Below are positions 31,301 through 43,300 of a stretch of DNA of 64,000 nt, piece by piece. The notes beneath the pieces were generated by a model that ran no database searches, had not been told where the DNA came from, and saw only the letters and a list, made by a program, of their open reading frames with translations. Numbering within the stretch: position 1 is the first letter of the stretch; every line of letters starts with the position of its first letter. A program made the translations under genes and the position numbers. The stretch spans positions 1-64,000 of the IMG/VR virus record IMGVR_UViG_3300017917_000733; one strand, 5' to 3'. Origin of the DNA: a virus.

Positions 31301-34300
31301 TAATGAAATTCAAAAAGGTCTATTACCAAACTCTAGTACTAGAAGCTATGAGTCTACTCTTTACTATGATGTAGATAAAGCTAACTTAGAACAAGATGCT
31401 GATTTATTAAGTTTCAGCTTGATCGGATATCGCCCACGTGATTATCTAGCATTGGCTGATTTAACAGACATAACACAAATTAACGTCTACAAAAACTTAA
31501 TAAAGAACAAGGGCACACGTAACGCTACTGAAGCATTCAAGGGTGCTACACTACCGCAAGGCGGCATTGACTATGATATCTATGAAAACTGGGCTATCAA
31601 GACCAGTGAGTTCGGTGGAGTACTTAACAATAACTTTGTTGAATTTAGATTAAATCAAACAGAGTTGACAGGTAATCCTAGTATAGTCGGTTTGACAACT
31701 GGATACTACACTAACGGGGTACAACAAGAAGTACCTTTATATAACCTATACAATTATGGAAGACCAGTAACTGATCCTAATGTATTGCCAGTAGTGCCAG
31801 CAGAAGAACCTTCAAAGTTATTCCCCGACGCTGGATATGTTAACTTCAATGATGTTAAGATTTCGTCTTACTTCTACTCAGGATTAATTAATAACACAGT
31901 ACCGTTAAGCAATTTATACGTAGGTGACTATGTTTGGTTAGCTAACTATCAAGGTACATGGAATGTAATGACACCTGTAAGTCAGGGTGAAGTAGTCTTG
32001 GCTAGAAGTATAGGAACAGATGTAGTTTCACTAACATTTGATAAACCACATAGCCTAACACAATACACACCTTTTGCTTTGATTAATTTCAATAGCAATT
32101 TAGATGGTTACTATATTGCTAATAGCATCGTTGATCCTTATACTATAACTATTACTATACCTAATTTAGGAACACCTTTCTTAACAGCAATTACAGGTAA
32201 TGGTATAGTTGTTACATTCCAATCAAATCGTGTAAGAAAAACCTCAGACATTACAAATCTACCATTACTAAACAATGAGTTTGTAAAAGACAAAGTTTGG
32301 GTTGATACTGCATCAAACGGCTCTTGGGCTGTATACCGCAAATCACTAAACTACCAGTATAGCAAAGAATTTACAAACGATGGTTCTTTAAACTACGGTA
32401 GCGCAGTAGCATACGCTGATTCATTTGGATACTTGATTGGAGATAACGAGTTAGGTGAAGTCTACAGATATGTTTACAACCCATTAAGAAATCGTTATGA
32501 TTTAGTGCAAACACTAACAGGTGATAGTTCATTTGGTTCGACAATTTCATACTCAGGTAATATTGTTGCTATTTCTCAGCCTACAGGTGCTACTGCATCT
32601 GATAGAAAAGTTAGAATTTATGAATATGTTTCTAACAATTTAGTTGATGAATTACAACTACTACAAACCATAGATGCACCTGATAGCTTGATTACTTCTT
32701 GGGGTAGTGCATTAGCTGTATCCGGTGACCTAAATTGGTTATATGTTTCTGACACCGCAAACAATACTGTTTATGTCTATCGTAAATCATTAGTTGACGG
32801 ACTATATGCATACTCTACTGTATTGCCAAGTGTATCAGGTTTAGTATCTGGTGACAATTTTGGTAGCTCACTGTCAACAAATTATTACGGCGATACTGTA
32901 ACGGTTGGAGCACCAAACATTGATGTTGGCGCATTAGCTGACGTTGGATATGCTTATGCGTTTGATAGACTATATCAAAACTTTGAAGCAGCAACCACAA
33001 GTATTCCGTTTGTTCCATTAACGTTTAACCTAGCAGTTACTGTAAGTACAACGTCTAAAACTGCAACAAATACTTCTGAAGGTGGTTTTGCGGATTACAT
33101 TAAGGTTACTAGTGGATTGACAGGTGTGTCAATAGATGATCCTGTAGTGTTCTCTGGCACAATATTATCTGCTGGCGCATTACAAGAAAATAGAATCTAT
33201 TATGTTGTTGATATATCAGGCTCAAGATTCAAAGTAAGCACAACTCGCGGCGGCGCTCCTGTAACATTGTCCACTGATACTGGAACAATGACATGCACAT
33301 TCCAAACTGAACCAGTGTTTGTCAGCGTTAACGGAACTACGCTTTCTGATGACAATTATTTTGTTGTAGGATCTGTATTAAGTGTTATAAGCACAATTAA
33401 CGCAGGTGATATTATCAATGTAAGCACATCTACATTCGTGTTATCACAAACATTTGCATCAGAAGATACTACAAGGGTAGGTCCTGAATTTGGTACTAGC
33501 GTTGCAAATAATAGCTATGCTACTGAAATATTAGTTGGCGCACCTTTTGAAATACGTGAAACAACCGGTGAAGGTGCAATTTATAGGTACACTAATAGCG
33601 GTGGAAAGTATGGCTACATCATTGGTACAGGTACCGTAGCCATTTCAGCTCCAACTACTATTTTGATTAATGGTTATGCAGTGTCATTAGTTGCGGGCGA
33701 TGCTACTAGTGTCGCAAACGCTATATTGGCAGCTAACATAACAAACGTAACCGCTAGTGCTGTTGACGGCAAATTAACAATTGCATTACTTAATACATCA
33801 TTGGCAACAGTAAATGATAAGTTAAATCTTGCAGTATTGAACGATTCAGATTGGGCTGAATTAGGAATTGACCTATACACAAGAACAGAAGTCATAACAT
33901 GCCCTCATACACAAGGCGCAACTCAATTCGGTACAGTTATTAAATTCAACGAGTATCAATCATTTGTAGCGAGTGCTGTATCTGGAAACAGATATGTTGG
34001 AACAACATTTGATAGCACTGATGACGAAAACTTTGACAACGACACTATATTTGACAACAACGCTACACAATTTGTAGATGTGTTCAAGAATGCAGGTGCT
34101 GTTTACATGTTTGATTACCTAGAGAATTATAATGAAACTTTATTAAATGTTGGTAAATTTGTTTATGCACAAAGCACAAATTCATTAAACACTGAGTATG
34201 GTAATCAACCTTTATATGGTAAGGCACTTGATTTTAATAACTATACAGTTGTTGTGGGTTCTCCTAACTTTGAATTTGACGGAAACTATGGTCAGGTTAT

Positions 34301-37300
34301 ATCTTATGTAAACGATATAAACGAGTCTGATTGGTTTATTTACAGAAATTCATCCAGTATTGTTGATATCAACAAAATTCAAAATGCACAATTGTTTAGT
34401 GCCGAAAATAACCAAACATTGGTTAACTTAGATTATATTGATCCACTACAAGGTAAAATTCTAGGGTCTGTAAGACAAAACATTGATATAGTGTCTAATA
34501 CTGATCCTGCTAATTACAACTCACCAAACGCTACTAACAAGGGAAGCATTGTTTGGGGACCTGAACAAGTAGGTCAAGTGTGGTTCAACACAAACAACGT
34601 AAGATTTGTTAACTATCATCAAAATGATGATGTAGAATATAATAGTCAATATTGGGGACAAGTTTTCCCGGGAAGTGATGTTGCTGTATATTCTTGGATA
34701 GCAAGCAATGAATTACCTGTCAACTATCAAGGTCCGGGAACACCGCATGATTTGGATTCATATGTAGTATTCAATACTCAAGATACGCGCGGTATGTTTG
34801 TTCCAGTATATTACTATTGGGTAAGAAACACAAATATCGTATTCACAAAGAGAGGAAAAACTCTTTCTGATACTATCATTGAATCTTATATTACTAATCC
34901 AAAGAACTCTGGAATAAGTTACTTTGCTCCATTGCTACCAAATGTATTTGGATTATACAACACAGATGAGTATGTAAACAATACTGATACTGTTTTCCAT
35001 GTAGGATTTAGTACAGGAACTAACGATGATGTAGCTCATGCTGAATACTCATTGATTCGTGCAAACTATGCTGACGATTTCTTACCTGGATTACCAATAA
35101 ACAATAATCAATCTCCAATATCTTTATATGATAGATTGTTAGATAGTTTATCTGGTGTTGATGAGACTGGCGCAGTTGTACCGGATCCATTCTTACCTAA
35201 AGCTGTTCAAAGTGGTATCTATGCTCGCCCAAGACAAAGTTTCTTTGTAAACCGTTTTGGTGCATTAAAGAATTACTTGACTTATGCAAATGAAATAATT
35301 GCACAGTATCCTATAACCGAAACTAAGAATGAATTAACGTTCTTGTTCAAAGTAGGTGATATTAATCCTTCTACTGGATTGCCGTTCTATGATACACAGA
35401 ATTTCTGGAACTATATTAACTGGTGGGCAACTGGATATGATAACAATACTAAATCTGTCTTGCAAGTACCTTTATACGCTGATTTGTCAGCATTAAGCGT
35501 ACCAGCAGGAACTATTGTTACTGTTGCTCAAAACAATAATGGTAATTCTGAAACTTATGTATTGCAAACTACAGGTACATGGGAGCGTATTGGATTACAA
35601 AATGGTACAATAGAATTCAAATCTACATTATGGGATTACAACGAAGGTAAGTTTGGATTTGGTGGTAGCTTCTATGATACTACAGTTTACGATGAGTATC
35701 CATCAGAAGAAACAAGATATATTATTCGTGCAATAAACGAACAAATATTTACAGACGAGTTATTAATTCACAGAAACAAAGGCTTGATTCTATTGTTTGA
35801 GTACATTCAATCTGAAACAATCGAATCACAAAACTATTTACCGTGGTTAAACAAAACTTCTCTAGTAGACGTATCACATACCATTCGTGAACTACGTCCA
35901 ATTGAAGTATTCCAGTCAGATAATCAACAATTCTTGTCTAGTTATTTGAATGAAGCAAAACCATATCACGTAGTAATTAAAGATTTCTTATTCAAGTATA
36001 CAGGTACAGATGTGTTTGAAGGTGATATAACTGATTTTGATTTACCTGCGAAATTCAATTTTGAAACAAATCAATTTATTACACCTGAATTAGTTTACAG
36101 CAGCCCATCTACTGTAAACCAGTATCTACCTACTGATTCAATCTGGCAAACAACAGATTACTCTCAGTGGTTCAATAATTATGGATTGAGTATTACAGGT
36201 GTTGATAATTATCAAATTACTGTATTGTCATCTTATATTGCTCTCAACTCTCAAACTATTGTTGTAGATAACGTAAGTGGCTTTCCTGTTAATGGAGTAA
36301 TACGTATTGGTGATGAACAAATAGGATATTCTGATGTTGATAGAAGTACGAACACACTATTTGGTTTAACTAGAGGTGTTAACGAAACAGCTATCACTAC
36401 ACATATACCAGGTGAAAACATCTATATCAATTTACCAGCAGCATTGTTATTAAACGCCGGTAGAGGATATGTAAATCCACCTAGAATAACAGCCTATATT
36501 GATACTTCAATATACCCTGAACCAAGGCAAGCTGCTATTTTAGAACCTGTAATGAATTTGGATAAAATTCTAAGCATTAACGTTATTAATCCTGGTGATG
36601 GTTACGCAGTTCTTCCTGAAATTATTATTGACCCATCAATAACAGTAAGTGTTAACTCTGATGATGTAAGTACCACAGAAAACACTATTCGCTTGTTGCA
36701 ACCTTTATTACAAACAGGTGACCTTGTCCGTTATACTGTCGGAGCCGACACAACAGCAATCGGCGGATTAGATAATGGTCAATATTATTATGTAAATGTT
36801 CTAGATACAACTCCATCATTTATCATAGCATTGTATACCACATATTCAAATGCAGTAAATGACGTAGACCGTGTAACTCTTTACTCAACAGGGTCAGGTT
36901 CAAACAACAACCTAAGCGTAAGTGCTAAGGCATCTTGCGTTACTAACTCACAGCCTATCAGAGAAAATCAAATTACTTTAAGATTTGACAGAACTTCTTA
37001 TAATTCTGAAATTACTGAATGGCAATCAGGCGAATTCTATGGTTCGTTCTATGCAGGTTTGTATAATAATAGCGAAACTATTTCTAGTTCTAGCATTGGA
37101 TTGTACGCAACGCAACCACCGATAGACACTATATTAGCTAGCTTTAGAGGTGCACCATTCCAAATTTCTAACGTTACTGATGACTTATCATTAACATGGT
37201 CATCCCGTACACGTAACGTAGTTTCTACTACATCTGGAACAAATGTAATTACTATCGAGCCTTCTGAAGGCGGTGCACCTGATATGGGATCAGTTAGCCC

Positions 37301-40300
37301 AACTACTGGTTTCTATGTTGGAATGCCGATAAAATTTGTTGGCTCTGTAGGTACTTCTGGATTATCTGACAGTACAACCTATTATGTTAATAACATAGTT
37401 AACGGTACTGATTTTACAGTATCTGCATCTAGCACTCTAACACCTACTGTTGCTCTAAACACCACAACAATAGGAACAGCTGGCTTATTAAGCTATATTG
37501 GTCAAGTGGTAGATACAACTATTATTACTATTGATTATCCTGGTATTAGAAACGTATCTGCAACAGCAGCTACAACCAACGCACTAACTGTAGATTTAAC
37601 ATTTAGTGGTCAAGGTGGCACATCTAGATTCTACCCAGGACTACCTATATCGTTTGTAGGAAATGTATTTGGGTCAGTCATCGAAAATGAAATATATTAT
37701 GTTACTACAATCATTGACGATCAGACCTTTACTATGTCAACTAACTCTGATCCAGAGTTGATTAACGTAACAGCAACCAATTCTTCTGGTAACATTATTA
37801 CTTGTGAAAGTACTTTAGGATTAAGCGTAAACGATCCAGTCATATTCAACAATATGACTATTAGTGGGTCTACAGTAAGTAGTTTTGGTGGCATCACAAG
37901 CGGAATTATCTATTACGTAGCAACTGTATTATCACCAACCACATTTACTATTGCAACCGCACCAAACAGTTCTGCAATTAGTTTAACCACACAAGCTGCT
38001 GGAACTGGTACAGGCTGTATTGTCACAAATCAAAAAGATACAGCACAACTTTCAACTGCTACTGGTAATATGACGTTGAACGTTGGACTTCCATTAAGCC
38101 CAGGGCAGGTCAATGGTCAAAGGTTTACATTGTACCAGTCAGTGCCTGAATTTGGGAATACAACACCGTACACTAATATAACTGGAACAACTGGTGACTT
38201 ACTAACATATACTATAACACACACTGTCTCTGCAGGAGATGAAATCATCTTATTCACAAGCGGAGGAAGCATTTTTAGTAATATGTATGTAAACATGCCG
38301 TTCCGAGTAGCATCAAACATTGGTAACTTGACAACAGGTACAACATATTATATTACTGATTTTGGTAATGTAACAACAACTGTTACAGGAACAGCTACAC
38401 CAAGCAACATATTAACGTGTAATTCGACTGATGGTTTTTATGTTGACATGCCAGTAAAGTTCTCAGGAACATCATTGGGTGGAATAGATTTAAACACTAC
38501 ATATTTTATTGTTAATATCAATAGTTCAACTGAATTCGAAATTAGCACTACTATGGGCGGAAGTAGTTTTGCTGTATACGCTGATGCTGGAACAATGACA
38601 GTTACAGGTTCACCCTATATTACAGCGTCTACATCTATAGGTGGTTTAAATGTTACACTATCCGATGCAACAGGTAACGTGACAGCAACACAATATGTAA
38701 CAGGCACACCTATATTTGATATAGGATATACATTGGGCGGTTACTATGTTGATAACATAGTAGATGCTGGTTCAGGTTTCGCAGTAACCAATACTATTAC
38801 TATTTTGGGTAGCGATGTAGGTGGAGTAGATGGGGTCAATGATTTAACTATTATGGTCAATACAGTTGATACACAAGGTGAAATATTGACAACAATCGTA
38901 GAAGGTACACCTCCAGGCACAGTCAGTTATTATTACTTGAAAGTAATTTCTGAAACTCAATGTGAAGTTTACTATGACCCATTGATGCAAATACCTGTAC
39001 CTATCAACGACTTTGTATACGTTCAAGGTGATTACGCATTATTACCAGAACCATTCTACTTTAACCAAAGTATTGTGAAATATGGTAATAATGTTTATCA
39101 GTGTATTGTAAGTAACAACGACACTGAATTCATTCCTGGTAAATGGTTATTATTGGATAGTGGCAGTAGAGAATTAAACGCATTAGATAGAATCATCGGC
39201 TACTACAAACCAGAAAAGTCTAACGACCTAGCATGGCAAAATTATATCAACATGCCTGGCTTGGATTTAACTCAATTAGTAAGAGGTATCGTATATCCTA
39301 ACAGCACTTACTTAGGAAATGCATTTGCACCAGATGAAGAATTCCCGTTAGATGTAATCTTACAGGATCAACCTTTCACACCTAGTAATGTTGATATCAA
39401 AGCAGTAATTTACGATGGTTCTGCATATTATGCACCTGCTGTTATTATTGATGACTACTCAGCGTTATTAGTAAGTCAAGACGGTGTAACTTGGAATATT
39501 GAAAAACTTGCAGAGCAACCTATCGATTTCACGGATATGATATACGCTAACTCTAGATACTTGATAGCATCAGATAATAATGCTATATCATTGTTATTTG
39601 GATACACTGGAACTATATATTCACCGATAGTCACAGGTGCTCAATTAAATAGCATAGCGTACAATAACGGAACATTTGTCACTGCAGGCAACAAGATAAT
39701 AAGGTCTACTGATTTAGAAGTATGGACTGACGTTTATACATTTACAAATGGCTATAATAATACAATTAACAGTGTATCTTATGTTGATGTAGCATTCTTT
39801 ACTGGTTTCATTGCTGTAGGTAAAACTGTTATTCCTGGAGGCTCAGGACAATATGGAATTATTTTAACCAGTATTGACGGTGTAGTATGGACACAATCAG
39901 CGTTCACACTTGCTGATTATGGATTAAATTCTGTTGCAGCAAATTCTGACTACATTGTAGCTGTAGGTGAAAATGGATCTATCATATCATCTACTAATGC
40001 ATCTAACTGGGTACAAGAAGTTTCTGGTACTACTGAAACATTGAACAATATTGTTTGGGGATATGATAAATTTGTAGTTGTAGGTGGAAACACTACAGGT
40101 ACTATAATAACAGCACCTAGCACACCAACTACATGGACATTACAAACATCAGGTACAACTGAGTTGTTAAATGATGTTGTATATAATTCATTAGGTGATG
40201 AGTATATTGTAGTAGGTGAAAATAATACTATCCTACAAAGCTCAGATGCTATTACTTGGGTAAACCAATCTAAAATTTTACTTGAGCCAACAAAATACAA

Positions 40301-43300
40301 CATTCAAGGTTCACCGTTCTTATCAGGATATGGACCTGAAGAATTAGTTCCTGGAGTGGTTTCTGATAACTTGACAATGATTGTCAATACACGTCCTGGC
40401 ACAAACTGGGATGAAACTATATACCAACATGTTGGGTATAGCGTAGTTACACGTGAAATTACACAAACAGTAGGAACACAATCAGAATTTAGTTTTGATG
40501 ACATGGTTGAAGTACCTTCTCAAATTGCAGTATACCTAGTTGATTCTTCTACTGGTTTAGGAACAAGATTGTATGAAATAAATGATTACACATCTAATTG
40601 GTTAACTAAGACTATAACATTAACAACTGCACCTTCAATTGGTGACAAGATTATGATATGCGTCTACGATGTTGGTAACGGAGACCAGTTAGTTAAATCA
40701 TCTACTGATTACAATCCTATACAAGTAAATGATACAACTGGATTCTGTGAGATTCAATTAGATTGTAACTACACTGGAACTAGAAGCAGCGGTTCTGGTG
40801 TAATGAGACCAACTACTACTCCTATAAATGTAACAGTAATATCAACTAGTTCAGTAGATAACTCTATATTATGTGAGTCAGTGGATGAATTTGTAATTAA
40901 TAGCCAAATCACATTCCAGGGTTCATTATTTGGTGGGATAACTGCTGATACTCCTTATTATGTTAAAACAAGAAGCTACGCAAGTAACAGGATAACAATC
41001 TCTAACAGCATTATAGATGGCGTTGCAGGACCTGTATTTAACCTAACAACTGCATCTGGTCCTTCTATGACAGCAATAGTTCAAACAGGTAATGGTTTAG
41101 TTTGGACAGATCCTATCGTTTATCATAATGGATCAACATTGATATTGGGAACAACCTTGTTCTTAACAAATACTAGTGGAGATACAAATACAATCTATTG
41201 TAATACAACTGGTGGTATTGCTGCAAACGATCCAATTGTGTTTAGTGACACGATGTTTGGAGATGTAATTGTTCCGCAAACAGTTTATTACGTAAAACAA
41301 GTTATTGACGGTAATGAATTCACTATTTCTGAAACATTAGGTGGGCCAACGTTAGCATTAACTACTGCTGCAGGTGGTGCAATAGCTATAACAAATGACT
41401 ATGCATTTATTATGGCATCTAATAGTTTAACAGCAAACATGATATTTGCATCTCAGTATAATAATACTACAGATTTTATCTCTTATACTATACTTGGAGA
41501 AACTTATCCTGAACAATATCGCTTTACTATTCCGCAATTACAAACATTTGTTGCTGACGGATCTACAACAGTATTCAACTTGACAAACTATGTTTCAGGT
41601 TCCAATCCAGAAAATGCAGTTGTCGAAGTTAATGGTGTTCGTTTGTCTGACGTAGACTACGTTATAGATGGTTCATTAGATACATTGACCATGCTTTATG
41701 GAACTCCTGCATCAGACGATGTAGTAGCAATAACTAGCTATAACTCTACAACTCGTCAGTATTTCAACACACAGTACGACATTACTGGAAATATTGTTTC
41801 TAACATAGTTAATATCAGTAATGATATTAGTGTGCCTATAGCAACATCATCTTGTACAAGCACAAGTAGCGTTACAAACGAAATTACATGTGCGGATACA
41901 ACAGGTTTTGTAGTAGATCAGACAGTAGAGTTTAAAGCACCTTCTTCAACATTTGGTGGAATTGTTGCTGGTACAATTTACTATATTGAGTCTGTAACCA
42001 GTTCAACAACGTTCAAGATTTCTACCACACAAGGCGGTAGTGCTATGACATTGACTACTGATTCAGGTGTTATGGTTGCTTATGTTGGTGGACAACCTGC
42101 TGTTCGTGTAACTACTGGAATAACCAACGGATTTACTGACGGTGATTTAGTCAGACTAGATGGAGTTGTTGGACCTACACAATTAAACAACCAAGTATTC
42201 TATGCAAGAATAATAAGTTCTACCCAGTTTGATCTTTACAATCAACCTTACGATTCATCTTATAATGCTATAAATGATCCTGTTACAGGAACCACTATGA
42301 ATGCTTATATATCCGGAGGCTATGTATGGAAAGATCAGACATATATATTACAGACAACCAGAGCAACTGCTACTGATTCGTCAAACAATATAACTGTCAA
42401 TTCAGTCGATGACCTTGTGTTGAATACTCCAATCGTCTTTACTGGAACTACATTTGGTAATATTGTTGAAGGAACAGTTTACTATATTATTGACATTAAT
42501 ATTGCTGTAAACACTATAAAGATTTCTGAAACACATCAAGGCCCAGTGTTCGTCCTCTCAGTTGATACGGGTGATATGGCCGTGACTCAATGGAAGCAAG
42601 ATAATGTTGATAGACTATGGGTCACTGTCAATGGATATCGCGTTCCAAGTAGTTCGTTGTTTATTAATGATGGAGTAAACATCAGCATATTGACAACAAT
42701 CACAGCAGGTGACACTGTAACTATTACTAGCATGATTCCTAGCGAAACACCAAATCAAGTTACATATATTCAAAATGTAGGTAAGACTGGTATACCTAGT
42801 GTTTATCGCGCTGATCCTCCAACTACTACATGGTTAACACAACCGTTGTACGTTACAAACGATACAATTTATGTAAATGATGCATCTAAATTGGTGACAA
42901 CAAATACGTTTGTTGTAACGGTCGACAGTGTACCATTTTCTGTTCAGTTAGGAGATGATAAGAACTCTATCAGTAACATAACTGTATACAATAAAACTAC
43001 TTCTACTGAATTATCATCTAACGATTTCCATCTAGAAATACAGGATACAGCTCCTGTATTGGTGATAGAAAGTTCTATAAGTATTGGAAATGAAGTAGAA
43101 ATTACGGTAGTTTCTGGTAATTTACTCTATGTAAACGGAGAACAAATTAAGTTCTCATCAATAGATTTTACAACAAATTCAATATCTGGATTACAACGCG
43201 GTGCGAATGGTACCGGAGTCAATATAGAGATTTCGATATATTCACGTGTGTACGGTATATTGTCATCACATAAAATGGCTGATCCAGATTATTACGTGAC

